Virus record (IMG/VR): IMGVR_UViG_3300021137_000006
Location: 1 to 64,000 of that record
Length of the DNA: 64,000 nt
Direction: 5' to 3' (one strand)
From: a virus
The position numbers and the translations under genes were made by a program. The notes below the pieces were generated by a model. It saw nothing but the letters and a program-made list of their open reading frames with translations. It was not told the origin of the DNA and searched no databases. Positions 21,173 through 31,868 of this stretch are shown here, one piece after another. The first letter of the stretch is position 1. Each line of letters starts with the position of its first letter.

Positions 21173-21907
21173 ATGCGATTTATGAACTACACCCTGCACT
21201 ACGACAGGTTGATGCTAAAAGCATCTACTCGGGACTTACCCTCTACTGTGTATACGGAAACTCATCACATTATTCCGAGATGTATGGGTGGGACGGATGC
21301 CAGCGTCAATCTAATTAGATTGACGCCAGAAGAGCACTTTTTGGCTCATCAGCTGTTAGTAAAAATGCATCCGGAGAATGTGAATCTAATATGCGCCGCC
21401 CACCTGATGTGTTATGGGAACAATGGTACTAGAATGCATAATAAGTCATTTGGTTGGATTAAACGTAAACTAGCACTAGTGACATCTGAACGATTTAAAA
21501 TAGTTAATAAACGACCCCAACAGACGGCAGAGTGTCCGCATTGTGGCAAAGTGGGAGGGGTTAATGCGCTACAACGATATCATTTCGAACGATGTACGTA
21601 TCATCCAGATAGTGCCCAACGTCAACACAACTTGACCTCGAGGGTTGGTAAACCACAATCTGATGCAACCAAAGCAAAACGAAAAGCAACTCAACGAGAT
21701 AACCCCCCACATCGAGGCAAACAACACTCTGCTGAAACAAAAGAACGACTTCGTGAGATCAAACTCCGCCCCGATAACCCTCGCCGTGGAATAAAAGCTG
21801 GTCCACAACCAGTTGTTACTTGCCCTCATTGTGCTAAAACAGGTGGAAAGAATAATATGGTAAAACATCATTTCGATAAATGCAGGATGAAAGACGCTGC
21901 TAAATAG
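21173..21907 (+). CDS. HNH homing endonuclease with NUMOD3-like DNA-binding repeats
   Basis: ETHHIIPRCMGG...NLIRLTPEEHFLAHQLL, HSAETKERL, CPHCGK. Confidence 0.85.
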   Translation: MRFMNYTLHYDRLMLKASTRDLPSTVYTETHHIIPRCMGGTDASVNLIRLTPEEHFLAHQLLVKMHPENVNLICAAHLMCYGNNGTRMHNKSFGWIKRKLALVTSERFKIVNKRPQQTAECPHCGKVGGVNALQRYHFERCTYHPDSAQRQHNLTSRVGKPQSDATKAKRKATQRDNPPHRGKQHSAETKERLREIKLRPDNPRRGIKAGPQPVVTCPHCAKTGGKNNMVKHHFDKCRMKDAAK

Positions 21908-21953
21908 TTCCACTACCTATCTAACTAAATAGCCTCTATATGGGGCTATTTTA

Positions 21954-22382
21954 ATGTCAAAATATCATCAAGGTCGTTATCGCCCTGCCAATCCAATAAA
22001 GTTCGAAGGCGACCTCAACAATATCATCTTCCGTTCATCGTGGGAGCTACGGTGCCTGCAGTTTTTCGATAATAACCCATCGATCACAAAAGTGATGAGT
22101 GAAGAGATTAAGATTCCGTACTTCAACCCAGTTAAACGCAAGCCAGCGAACTACTATCCAGACTTCTACATAGAACTAACAGATAAAAACGGCAATAAGC
22201 GTAAAGAATTGTTGGAAATCAAACCTAGTGCCCAAATCCAGGAACAGGCTAAAGAAAATACGTACGCAAAGTTGATGAGAGCTGTGAATTACGCTAAATG
22301 GGAAGCTGCTGCAAAGTGGTGTGTTGAGCGTCAAATTACGTTCCGGTTGATCGATGAACATCAAATATTTGGAACAAAATAA
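21954..22382 (+). CDS. Head completion nuclease (T4 gp4-like, TnsA-type)
   Basis: FRSSWE, SEEIKIPY, YYPDF, LEIKP and NYAKWEAA motifs. Confidence 0.9.
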   Translation: MSKYHQGRYRPANPIKFEGDLNNIIFRSSWELRCLQFFDNNPSITKVMSEEIKIPYFNPVKRKPANYYPDFYIELTDKNGNKRKELLEIKPSAQIQEQAKENTYAKLMRAVNYAKWEAAAKWCVERQITFRLIDEHQIFGTK

Positions 22383-23428
22383 TGAAACTATCTAAAGTAT
22401 TCACACTTACTGAACAATATCTACAGAATGGTGGCTGGGACTCAACAGCTACTCAAAGTACAGTTGTTACCCCTGCTGTAGTAAAACGTGCTCTAACAGT
22501 TATACAAAAGTTTGCAGCAGATTTTAACCAATGGTTACTCAAGCAAGGGTTAGACGATCAAATCAAAGTTGGACATCCACTTGGTAGCAGCGCATACCAT
22601 GAAGTAGATCCAGAGGAAAAGGTATACGGCGATATCGATCTGCAAATCGTTGTACCGGATATGGAAGGTACTCACTCTGCGATGCAAAATCTGTGGAACG
22701 CTCGACAAGATCAATTCTTACAAGACACTCACCCAGATTATGTGCTGATGGATGCTGGCGAAAGTAAACCAGGCCACCCAATCTGCAAAATAGGTCCAGA
22801 TCAATACGTGCAGGTTGATTTTATCTGGCATATTGAACGTAATGCAGAGTGGGGACGGTACCGAACCACTCCAGAGCGTGGATTGAAAGGTCTGTTGAAT
22901 GGCAACATGTTCTCTGTGCTTGGGTCACTGTTGGATATGAGTATCCAACACGCAGGCGTGCAGTTAAAAGTATCCGCGGAAGGTAAGCAAGTGCCATTCA
23001 CAAACCGCAAGAACGTCACACTACACACAATTTCAACTTCTCCAACAACATTCATTCTTGATATTTTGTACTATGTTGCAACTCAATCTGGTCTTGATCG
23101 TAAGCAAGTAAAAGTTTCCTCGCAATTAAAATCTCACCCAGGTGTACAAACAGATAATGTCAAAGTGCAAGCACTAGCGCAAGGCATTAGAGGCCTCGCG
23201 CAAAGTTTTGAATTAAACCAGTTATATGGTAAGGGGATGCTTGCTGCATATGACTCAGTCGACTCGTTCTTGCATGCATTTACCGAAACGTACGCTACGA
23301 AAGTTAAAAACGAAATCGCATCAGCCAAGCGAGATAAAGCAGCCACCCCTGAAGCAATTGCTCGGGCTGATCAAGATAGACAGGTGATTCAACAAGGGTT
23401 AGACACTGTATTATCGTACTTCCAATAA
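22382..23428 (+). CDS. Pol-beta-superfamily nucleotidyltransferase-like protein
   Basis: LGSS...YGDIDL and VQVDF motifs. Confidence 0.55.
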   Translation: MKLSKVFTLTEQYLQNGGWDSTATQSTVVTPAVVKRALTVIQKFAADFNQWLLKQGLDDQIKVGHPLGSSAYHEVDPEEKVYGDIDLQIVVPDMEGTHSAMQNLWNARQDQFLQDTHPDYVLMDAGESKPGHPICKIGPDQYVQVDFIWHIERNAEWGRYRTTPERGLKGLLNGNMFSVLGSLLDMSIQHAGVQLKVSAEGKQVPFTNRKNVTLHTISTSPTTFILDILYYVATQSGLDRKQVKVSSQLKSHPGVQTDNVKVQALAQGIRGLAQSFELNQLYGKGMLAAYDSVDSFLHAFTETYATKVKNEIASAKRDKAATPEAIARADQDRQVIQQGLDTVLSYFQ

Positions 23429-23453
23429 ATACCCCATCATTTAAGCAGCACCC

Positions 23454-24662
23454 ATGTCAAAACAATTAACCCCGTCCATGATCGACACCCTTCGTAGAGA
23501 GTATGCGAAGATTGATCGTATTAATCCAGACTCTGCCAATTACAAGAACTTGGTTGCTAAGTTGGATAAATCTACACCAGAGATTCTACAACAACTTGCT
23601 AACTCAAACATCAAATTTGTATCCGGGCTTGCCCGCAATCGTGTTAAAAAATCACCCGCTCGTGTAGAAGAAGATAGTTCACCATCGTCTACCCATTCTG
23701 AGATTCTATCGAAGATGACCAGCGAACTCATGGCTCAGCCGTTCCTATCTGACGAAATAGCATACAAACGTGCAGTCCGTCGTTTACTGGTTGATAAGCC
23801 GGTGATTCCGGCAGCTCAAGTTGAACAGTTTGTTCGACGTTACATTAGCGCAAATCCGTACAACAAATATAAAGCATTGAAACGCGCATCGTCTAACCCT
23901 ATGCAAGCAACTCCAGAAATCCAACAAGAAGCCACAACGCTTGTAAAGACACAAACGAGTGGCAAAAAGACTGCTAAAGTCTATAAGGATACTGAGACTG
24001 GTGAATTTATTGTTAAGTTTTACGTTGACGGTAAGTATCAAAAAGATGCTGACTATCATACTGATAGCAAACAAGATGCTATGGATACAGCAAAAACCGA
24101 GACGAAAAAAGCTAACGAGAGTGTCGTTCGTGAAGCTGAAGCAGACGCCGCTGGTAAAGATGATAGCGATCCACGTGACATTGAAAAACGTACTCCAGAA
24201 GAACTAGACCTCGACTGGATTAGTAAATTCGACTTGGGTGAGATCAAAGAGGCTATCCAGAAAATCATCGACCACTTATCCGAAACGGATGATGAAGAAC
24301 AAATCGACTTGCTGCGTAACGACATCCGTATTCTTGACAATTTGCACGGCGCGTTGGGTAAAAAAGACAGCGCTGAAGTCAAGAAAAATTGGAAAATCGC
24401 AAAGTCTGAAGGTTCTGCAGAACACCTGCACGATGAGTTCAACCGTCGCATGGACGATGCTCTTGAATCAAAGTCCATGCGTGAAGGTTACATCGCCGAG
24501 ACGGAAGAGCGTAATACGTACAAAACTAAGTCAAAGTGGGATAAAGCAGCTCGTCAGTTCCGTGTTAAAGACACTGGTAAATCAAAGACAGCGTACTGTA
24601 AAGATACTGGTGCTATGATGGGCCGTTGGTCTGGTGAAAAAGGTTGGCTCGAAGTTTGCTAA
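23454..24662 (+). CDS. Modular late protein, candidate internal head protein
   Basis: TAAATA upstream; short charged modules separated by xxE|A/S/D sites. Confidence 0.5.
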   Translation: MSKQLTPSMIDTLRREYAKIDRINPDSANYKNLVAKLDKSTPEILQQLANSNIKFVSGLARNRVKKSPARVEEDSSPSSTHSEILSKMTSELMAQPFLSDEIAYKRAVRRLLVDKPVIPAAQVEQFVRRYISANPYNKYKALKRASSNPMQATPEIQQEATTLVKTQTSGKKTAKVYKDTETGEFIVKFYVDGKYQKDADYHTDSKQDAMDTAKTETKKANESVVREAEADAAGKDDSDPRDIEKRTPEELDLDWISKFDLGEIKEAIQKIIDHLSETDDEEQIDLLRNDIRILDNLHGALGKKDSAEVKKNWKIAKSEGSAEHLHDEFNRRMDDALESKSMREGYIAETEERNTYKTKSKWDKAARQFRVKDTGKSKTAYCKDTGAMMGRWSGEKGWLEVC

Positions 24663-24707
24663 GCTAACCTAAACCCTCTGGCAGCTTGTGTAGTAAATAC
24701 CCTATTA

Positions 24708-25151
24708 TTGAGTATTGAAATGCAAGCTGTTCCCACCTCCCATCCACTAGAGCAAGTATTCGATCTTGAGACTAACTCTACTCAACGCTCGTTAGTTACG
24801 CCTACTCCTATCGAAACTTTACCAGCTGTTGTTACTGCTCAGTATGACGATAAAGATTCGTCGATCGATAGTGAACTCGCCGCAGTCCACGCAGAAGCGA
24901 TGGCGGTTGCTAATGAGATGAAATCTCAAATGACGTTTGCCGATCCACGTGGATTGCCGCGAATGGGAGAAGTCGCAATTCAAGCACTTAACACTGCTTT
25001 AGATGCTATTAAGCAAAAAGCCGACATCAAGAAACACAAAGATAAACTAGCCGCTTCTGGTGGAATCGATGCTGTGAATAACGTCACAAACAACACTCTA
25101 ATTATCGATCGCAGTGCACTGTTGGATCGTATTATGGCTGGGGAACTATAA
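24708..25151 (+). CDS. Terminase small subunit (T4 gp16-like)
   Basis: PRMGEVA helix and NNVTNNTLII C-terminal motif; ATG 24720 is an alternative start. Confidence 0.65.
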   Translation: MSIEMQAVPTSHPLEQVFDLETNSTQRSLVTPTPIETLPAVVTAQYDDKDSSIDSELAAVHAEAMAVANEMKSQMTFADPRGLPRMGEVAIQALNTALDAIKQKADIKKHKDKLAASGGIDAVNNVTNNTLIIDRSALLDRIMAGEL

Positions 25152-25261
25152 GACTCCCTCGCCGTAAGGTGACTTTTTTCGCTGGCATTCGGCTAACTTT
25201 AATAAATAAAGTAAATACGCCCACACTCAGTGCGCAATATACCCGCAAAGGACATTTAAAC

Positions 25262-26221
25262 ATGGCAACCGAAATTTTCCAAAAGCTACTCGAAAACGAT
25301 GTGCTGAATGAAGACACCAGAGCTTCTATCAAGACAGCTCTCGAGACTATTATTCAAGAAGCTAAGGACCAAGCTCGTGCAGAAGTTACGGAAGAACTAA
25401 CTGCCCGCTTTTCAGAAGACTTCGTAAAAGAACGTGATACCCTAATCGAGTCGATCGATGAGATGGTGTCTAAAGCTGTCATCGAGCATACTGAACAAGC
25501 CGGCAAATCATTGTCTGAGCATATCGAATCCCACGAAGCTGACATCGCTGCGTTCCGTGACCTAGAAGCTGAACAAGCAACTCGTCTAGTCGAATCGCGT
25601 CAAGAGCTCGTCGAATCGACAAAGAAGGATATCAAGGTTCTAGTTGAAAAGCTAGACGCATTCTTGGATACCGCGATTATTGAAGAATTTGAAGAGATCA
25701 AAGAAGACTTAGTTGAATCTCAACGTCTGGCACTTGGTTCGAAAATCTTCGAAGGCTTCCGCGCTGAATTTGAGCAATTTTACCTACAGAGCACTGGTGT
25801 TGCTAGTAAGGTCACAGAACTGTCCGAACAAGTTAAAGCTGCACAAGCTGAAAACGAAGGACTAAAAGAAAGCCTTGCTGCTGTAACACGCACAACTACA
25901 ATGTCGACAGTTTTGTCTTCATTGGAAGGCAAATCACGCAAAGTGATGGAAACAATTCTAGCAACTGTCGCTACTGACAAATTGCAAGAGACATACGAAC
26001 GATTTATCGACCGTGTGATCAAGGAAGGTGCTACCGCACCTGTAGCCGGGACCAAATCAGAGAAGGAAACTAAAGAAGTACTAGCTGAGTCGAAAGTAGA
26101 TCCCAAAACTGTAACGCTGAAGACTGGTGACACAAAGGCTAAACAAGCTGTTGTGACCGAAAGTGTTGGACTATCCGAAGCTGATAAGAAACGCCTATTG
26201 GCGACTGCGGGATTAGCGTAA
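25262..26221 (+). CDS. Prohead core scaffold protein (T4 gp22-like)
   Basis: Acidic coiled coil directly upstream of the capsid gene; AAGGA RBS before ATG 25262; many LVE|S-type sites. Confidence 0.85.
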   Translation: MATEIFQKLLENDVLNEDTRASIKTALETIIQEAKDQARAEVTEELTARFSEDFVKERDTLIESIDEMVSKAVIEHTEQAGKSLSEHIESHEADIAAFRDLEAEQATRLVESRQELVESTKKDIKVLVEKLDAFLDTAIIEEFEEIKEDLVESQRLALGSKIFEGFRAEFEQFYLQSTGVASKVTELSEQVKAAQAENEGLKESLAAVTRTTTMSTVLSSLEGKSRKVMETILATVATDKLQETYERFIDRVIKEGATAPVAGTKSEKETKEVLAESKVDPKTVTLKTGDTKAKQAVVTESVGLSEADKKRLLATAGLA

Positions 26222-26255
26222 TATTTTTACGCAAACTCACTAAAAGGAAATTGAA

Positions 26256-27578
26256 ATGAACTTATTTGAAAATTGGAGCGAAACGAAAGAAGTTTTGCTA
26301 ACTGGCCTACAGGGCGAAAAGCGTAAAGTTGTTGACACTCTTCTTGAGAATCAAAAAACTTACAACCTAAACGAATCCGCAGCTTCTGGCTCAATCGCTG
26401 CACAAGATATCGCTGGCTTCCGTAACATCTTGATCCCTATGATCCGTCGTATTATTCCTGGTACGATTGCAACTGAACTAGTTGGTGTACAGCCAATGAA
26501 GGCTCCAGTCGGTATCGTTTACTCGATGCGTTACAAGTACAACGAAACTCTAGCTGCTCCTGGTACAGTGACAGCCGGTGAAGAAATGTTCGGCAATGCT
26601 GAACCAGTTCGTCGTTACTACTCCGGTGCTACTGATACTGCTCCTGCTGCTGGTGCATCTGGTATTGATAGCGGCACAGGTCAACCAAACATCACAGGCA
26701 TTCCATCTGGTCAAGGTTGGGGCGCAAATGCTGGTCACTCGGCACTAGACGGTTGTACCGTTGGTGGTTCTGGTGGTCAACTAGAAGGTTCTGGCGGCCG
26801 TAAGGTTTCTTTGGAACTAGTGTCACAAGCTGTTGAATCAAAGAGCCGTAAGCTACAAACTGGTTGGACCATCGAAGCGATGCAAGACTTGAATAGCCAA
26901 CATGGTATGAACATCGAAACCGAAATGACGACAGGTATGTCTGCTGAAATCGTTCAAGAAATTGACAACGAAATCATCAGCGACTTGCTAGCTCTAGCTG
27001 GTACAGTTTCTAACTGGGATGGTTCGCTACCTGGTGCCCCTGGTTACTATCGTCCAACATTCGGCGGTGATCGTTTTGCTCAACTAGGCATTATCATCAA
27101 CTACGTCGCGAATGAAATCGGACGCAAGACTCGTCGCGGTACTGCTAACTTCATCGTAGTTTCCCCAATGATCGTTTCTATTCTTCAGTCTGCTGCTAAG
27201 TCCGTCTTCGCCCCAGCTATCGAAGGTTCGTTCAAGGGTCCTAACAATACGATGTTGGTTGGTACTCTAAACGGTTCAATCAAAGTGTACTCATACTTGT
27301 GGAATCAAACCCAATCGACTGACATCGGTGGTACTGGTAACGACCAGATCCTAATCGGTTACAAGGGTGGTAACGGCGAGCAAGACGCTGGTTACTTCTA
27401 CTGCCCATACGTTCCATTGATGAGCACTGGTGTTATTATGAACCCAGTGACAATGCAACCAGTGATGTCCCTAATGACACGTTATGCTAAGGCTCAGTTC
27501 ACTAGCTCAGCAACGTCTCTTGGGAATTCTGCAGATTATTATGGAAAAATCACTGCAACAGGTGTTTCCTTCGCGTAA
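26256..27578 (+). CDS. Major capsid protein (T4 gp23-like)
   Basis: LLENQ, LVGVQPM, SRKL, EAMQDL, EID, YCPYVPL and MTRY motifs. Confidence 0.97.
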   Translation: MNLFENWSETKEVLLTGLQGEKRKVVDTLLENQKTYNLNESAASGSIAAQDIAGFRNILIPMIRRIIPGTIATELVGVQPMKAPVGIVYSMRYKYNETLAAPGTVTAGEEMFGNAEPVRRYYSGATDTAPAAGASGIDSGTGQPNITGIPSGQGWGANAGHSALDGCTVGGSGGQLEGSGGRKVSLELVSQAVESKSRKLQTGWTIEAMQDLNSQHGMNIETEMTTGMSAEIVQEIDNEIISDLLALAGTVSNWDGSLPGAPGYYRPTFGGDRFAQLGIIINYVANEIGRKTRRGTANFIVVSPMIVSILQSAAKSVFAPAIEGSFKGPNNTMLVGTLNGSIKVYSYLWNQTQSTDIGGTGNDQILIGYKGGNGEQDAGYFYCPYVPLMSTGVIMNPVTMQPVMSLMTRYAKAQFTSSATSLGNSADYYGKITATGVSFA

Positions 27579-27602
27579 TCTAACAGAGTTTTCAAACTCA
27601 CC

Positions 27603-27630
27603 AAAAAGGCCTCGAATCGAGGCCTTTTTT
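27603..27630 (+). terminator. Rho-independent terminator
   Basis: AAAAAGGCCTCG-AAT-CGAGGCCTTTTTT. Confidence 0.9.
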
Positions 27631-27820
27631 GTTACCTGTTATATATGTCTCCTCACTAAGACCTGACGATTCGTATAGTCGAACGTTGATCACTATATCC
27701 CGTTTCTGTTAAGATTTATTTTTGAGTCAACCTGTCGTTTCGGACATCGATCCTCACTAAATAACTTCCTCGATTGGAATTTCTCCAATCTTCACGAACA
27801 CAATCACAAAGGAAAATCAA

Positions 27821-30034
27821 ATGGCAATAGGCAAACAAATGCTGTCGGAATCTAAGTTCTACATGGGTTACAGTAGATGGATCGACGGCGAAAGTCGCTA
27901 TGAAACGTGGGAAGAGTCCGTTAGTCGAGTGATGAATATGCACCGGGAAAAGTATGCTGACAAGATGACAGCAGAGTTGGAAACTCTAATCACTTATGCA
28001 GAACAAGCGTACAAAGACAAGCTGGTACTTGGCGCCCAACGCGCTCTTCAATTCGGCGGGGACCAATTATTTAAGCACGAAGCGCGGATGTACAACTGCT
28101 CAGTCTCTCATGCTGATCGGCCTTCATTCTTCAACGAAACGATGTACCTACTGCTATGTGGCTGCGGAGTTGGATTTTCCGTTCAACGTCACCACATTGC
28201 TAAGCTCCCATCGGTTGCACGTCGGTCACAAAAGAAGGTAAAGATTTTCCAAGTCCCGGATTCAATTGAAGGTTGGGCTGATTCATTTGCAGTATTACTA
28301 AGTAGCTATTTCACAGAAGGTGCGACTCATCCAGAATATCGCGGCTGTCAAGTGCATTTCGACTTTACAAAAGTTCGTCCAAAGGGTGCTTTGATCTCTG
28401 GCGGATTCAAAGCCCCAGGACCTGATGGGCTGCGTGCTGCACTCGTTAAATGCGAAGAGATGATCGAAAACCTACTGAGAGATGCACCAGTGACCAGCAT
28501 CACTAGTATCGTTGCATATGACTTTATCATGCACATGAGTGATGCAGTACTATCTGGTGGTGTCCGTCGCTCTGCTACAATTTGCGTGTTCGACAAAGAC
28601 GATAACACAATGTTGAAAGCAAAGACTGGTAATTGGTTCGTGGATAATCCACAGCGTGGTCGCAGTAACAATTCTGCACTGCTAATTCGTGACGATCTAA
28701 CGCGTGACGAGTGGGCCAACATTATGAAGTCTGTTAAAGACTTTGGTGAGCCTGGGTTCATTTTTGCAGACGACAAAGAGTTTATGTTTAACCCTTGTGT
28801 TGAAATTGGCATGTTGCCTGTTACTGAATCTGGTACCTCCGGCTTCCAATTCTGCAACTTAACTGAAATCAACGGCGGTCAGTGTACTACGAAAGAAATG
28901 CTCATTCGTGCATGCAAGGCAGGCGCCATTCTTGGGACACTCCAGGCTGGATACACGAATTTCAAGTATGTTTCGGCAGCTACTCGCGAAATCACTGCGC
29001 GCGAAGCTCTAATTGGGGTCTCTATCACTGGTTGGATGAATAATCCTGATATCCTATTTGACAAGCAGAATATGGTGGACGGCGCTACTCTTGTAAAAAC
29101 AATCAACAAGCAAGTAGCTACACTAATCGGCATCAATCAAGCTGCTCGCACAACTTGTGTTAAACCGTCTGGCAATGCAAGTGTTGTACTTGGGACTGCG
29201 TCTGGTATTCATGGTGAACACGCACCAAAGTACTTCCGGCATGTGCAGATGAATGCTGACGACGAAGTTGCGCAGATCATCAGCAAGATCAATCCGAAGA
29301 TGGTAGAAACCTCGGTTTGGTCGGCTAACGGTACAGATGTCGTGGTAGCGTTCCCGGTTATCACAAAAGTCGGGTCTAACTACAAACAAGATCTGATGGG
29401 TGTTGCACAATTGGAGTTTGTCAAACTCGCACAACAGTTCTGGGTAGAAGCTGGCACAAATGTCGAATTGTGTCGCCATCCGAAGCTGCGCCACAATGTT
29501 AGCAACACGATCTCCGTTGACAACTGGGACGAAGTCGAGCAGTATATTTTTGACAATCGTGCGCACTTCGCTGGGATTTCACTATTGAGCTCGTTTGGCG
29601 ATCGTGCGTACGTACAAGCTCCGTTTGCAGAAGTGATTGATGCTAAAGCAATTCTCGAACTGTATGGTGAGGGTTCACTGTTCGCATCTGGCCTAATTGT
29701 CGAAGCCTTACACGCGTTCAACGAAAACTTGTGGATCGCTTGTGATACAGTGATGGGATATGGTTTGAAATTAGATGAAGAAAACTCATCGGATATTCTC
29801 AAGCGAGATTGGGTACGTCGAGCGAACAAATTTGCAAAGAATTACTTCAAGGGGGATTTGCAACAAATGACGTTCTGTTTGAAGGATTGTTACAATCTAC
29901 ACAAATGGAATAACATTGTGCATACGATCAAATCTATTGACTTTGCAAGTGATTTATCGCAGAAAAGCTTTGTTGAAGTCGACTCCCTAGCAGGTGCGGC
30001 CTGCTCAGGAGGGGTTTGCGAGCTTACCTTCTAA
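27821..30034 (+). CDS. Ribonucleotide reductase, class II (monomeric NrdJ/RTPR-like)
   Basis: MYNC, SGGVRRSA, GEPG, NPCVEI, CNLTE, KPSG and C-terminal ACSGGVCE; class assignment is by eye. Confidence 0.85.
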   Translation: MAIGKQMLSESKFYMGYSRWIDGESRYETWEESVSRVMNMHREKYADKMTAELETLITYAEQAYKDKLVLGAQRALQFGGDQLFKHEARMYNCSVSHADRPSFFNETMYLLLCGCGVGFSVQRHHIAKLPSVARRSQKKVKIFQVPDSIEGWADSFAVLLSSYFTEGATHPEYRGCQVHFDFTKVRPKGALISGGFKAPGPDGLRAALVKCEEMIENLLRDAPVTSITSIVAYDFIMHMSDAVLSGGVRRSATICVFDKDDNTMLKAKTGNWFVDNPQRGRSNNSALLIRDDLTRDEWANIMKSVKDFGEPGFIFADDKEFMFNPCVEIGMLPVTESGTSGFQFCNLTEINGGQCTTKEMLIRACKAGAILGTLQAGYTNFKYVSAATREITAREALIGVSITGWMNNPDILFDKQNMVDGATLVKTINKQVATLIGINQAARTTCVKPSGNASVVLGTASGIHGEHAPKYFRHVQMNADDEVAQIISKINPKMVETSVWSANGTDVVVAFPVITKVGSNYKQDLMGVAQLEFVKLAQQFWVEAGTNVELCRHPKLRHNVSNTISVDNWDEVEQYIFDNRAHFAGISLLSSFGDRAYVQAPFAEVIDAKAILELYGEGSLFASGLIVEALHAFNENLWIACDTVMGYGLKLDEENSSDILKRDWVRRANKFAKNYFKGDLQQMTFCLKDCYNLHKWNNIVHTIKSIDFASDLSQKSFVEVDSLAGAACSGGVCELTF

Positions 30035-30125
30035 TGTAACTCAACTAACCACCCAACTGGCAAACTCTCAGCCAGTTGGGTCCTTTTTCTTTGTCGCTAC
30101 ATACTTAACCAACCTCAATATTACT

Positions 30126-30413
30126 ATGCAAATCAAACCTCTCCACGATTTTATCACCATTGAATTAGACATTCCTGCAACCGTTTCCGAAGGTGGTATT
30201 GTACTAATTCAACGCACTCCAGAAAAGGGTACCGAGACTGGTACCGTCGTTGATGTCGGCCCAGGTCTTTACGTTGATGGACGATTAGATGAGATGGTTG
30301 TTAAAGCAGGTGACAAAGTGCTGTTCAATAAAGGGACTGGCGCCCTGGTCGAACTCGACAGCAAAAAAGTGTTGTTTTTGAAGCAACGCGATATTATGGG
30401 AATTCTGCGTTAA
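30126..30413 (+). CDS. groES: Co-chaperonin GroES
   Basis: IKPLHD...SEGGIVL...GTVVDVGPG...VKAGDKVLF; likely start is ATG 30126. Confidence 0.9.
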   Translation: MQIKPLHDFITIELDIPATVSEGGIVLIQRTPEKGTETGTVVDVGPGLYVDGRLDEMVVKAGDKVLFNKGTGALVELDSKKVLFLKQRDIMGILR

Positions 30414-30646
30414 TCTGTCAGCTTTTCCCAAGCTTCATCATCTACTAAATGCATTTGGCCATCGTCTTCGATGGCCACCCATTGCCCGTCGGGGCATGAT
30501 GCGTATCGTAGCTTTACTTTGATTGGCATGATGCATCCGCACGCTTTGCACATCTTTACTGAATTGAATAGTGGACACTGTTTACAGATGTTGTACCGTT
30601 CTTGTGCAATTTGCACAGTGGTGAACATACTACTGATTAGCGACAT
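30410..30646 (-). CDS. Small Cys-rich protein
   Basis: RYNICKQC...CKACGC...K...CPDGQW pattern. Confidence 0.7.
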   Translation of the reverse strand: MSLISSMFTTVQIAQERYNICKQCPLFNSVKMCKACGCIMPIKVKLRYASCPDGQWVAIEDDGQMHLVDDEAWEKLTD

Positions 30647-30647
30647 G

Positions 30648-30929
30648 TTAGGCTAATGACTTTACAATAGTGATTGGCATTTTACGTAAGTGCAACATAC
30701 CGTTGATTAGTGAAAACTCAATCCCAGGCAAACCTACTTGCATGATACTCAACTCTTCGTCGCTAAGGGTAACCCCAATCGGCGTCACTCGGTAGTTCGT
30801 GTAGAATCGATCAAGTGCTTGGGTAAGCGACTTCGCTGGATTAGCTGCATCAATTGGATATCCTACTGATTGTAGTGTAGTTTTTCCACTGCCGCAACAA
30901 CTAGACTTATTGACAAATGTAAATTTCAT
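30648..30929 (-). CDS. Hypothetical protein
   Basis: 93-aa ORF abutting the downstream gene; TAAATA upstream on the minus strand. Confidence 0.6.
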   Translation of the reverse strand: MKFTFVNKSSCCGSGKTTLQSVGYPIDAANPAKSLTQALDRFYTNYRVTPIGVTLSDEELSIMQVGLPGIEFSLINGMLHLRKMPITIVKSLA

Positions 30930-30983
30930 AATTACTCTACTAAATGTATATTTAGCGGGGGCGAAATGCCCCCTACTGACACT

Positions 30984-31814
30984 TTAGTACCCGAAACTTT
31001 CACAAGCCATAATCCAAGATTTGACTAAACTGCTTCGTACGATATCATCAACTGTAAACTCAACACAGGTGAAGTCCCGCATTGTTTTTGCAATCTTGAT
31101 GAATTCTTGCAATCCTGAAATGTCGTGCTTCGATTTTATCAAATCGTTCTGTTTCATATCCCCCGAAAAGATGATTTTGGAACGGTAGCCAGTACGACTC
31201 ATTACAGTATTCAACTCATGGAAACTCATTGATTGGCATTCGTCGACGATAATGATCGCATCATCAATGGAAATGCCACGAATAGCTGTTGTTGTAATGA
31301 AACGAGCATACCCTTGTTCTTTCAGGCGATCCCACGCGTCTGGTCTGTCGAACAACGTAGCACATATTTCCTTGTATGGCTGTTCGTAAATTTCTTGTTT
31401 TTCCTCGATGCTACCTGGCAAGAACCCTTGATCACGAGTCTGCACAGCAGAGCGAACTACGACAATATTTTTGAATGGGTTAGAACGATCGAGTACTTCA
31501 CCTAGTGCCTGATATAGTGCAATAAACGTCTTGCCAGTACCAGGTGATCCAAACAATCCCATAAAGTAGTCGCCACCCTTGTATGCCTTGAAAAACGCTG
31601 CTTGATTTGCAGTGAGCGGATCGAAACTCTTTAAATGATCTAATTTGAGTTTGAGAGCATTACTTACAACTGGCTGATGCCGATTCTTGCGCTCATCGTT
31701 CTCTACATGCTCTACTCGCTTTTGCAATCCAGACGGTTGAGGTTCGTGGTATTCAACTTGACCTGTTTCGTGTAAGAGCGCTGAGTGTTTTTGTCTTTTG
31801 GTATTTGATGCCAT
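30984..31814 (-). CDS. phoH: PhoH family ATPase
   Basis: GSPGTGKT, GFLPG, IRG, IVDECQ, SGDMKQND and DIVRS motifs. Confidence 0.95.
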   Translation of the reverse strand: MASNTKRQKHSALLHETGQVEYHEPQPSGLQKRVEHVENDERKNRHQPVVSNALKLKLDHLKSFDPLTANQAAFFKAYKGGDYFMGLFGSPGTGKTFIALYQALGEVLDRSNPFKNIVVVRSAVQTRDQGFLPGSIEEKQEIYEQPYKEICATLFDRPDAWDRLKEQGYARFITTTAIRGISIDDAIIIVDECQSMSFHELNTVMSRTGYRSKIIFSGDMKQNDLIKSKHDISGLQEFIKIAKTMRDFTCVEFTVDDIVRSSLVKSWIMACESFGY

Positions 31815-31868
31815 TTACATCTTTCTTTGTTATCTTCAAACAATCATTCCGGATGCGTGACTGTTGCT

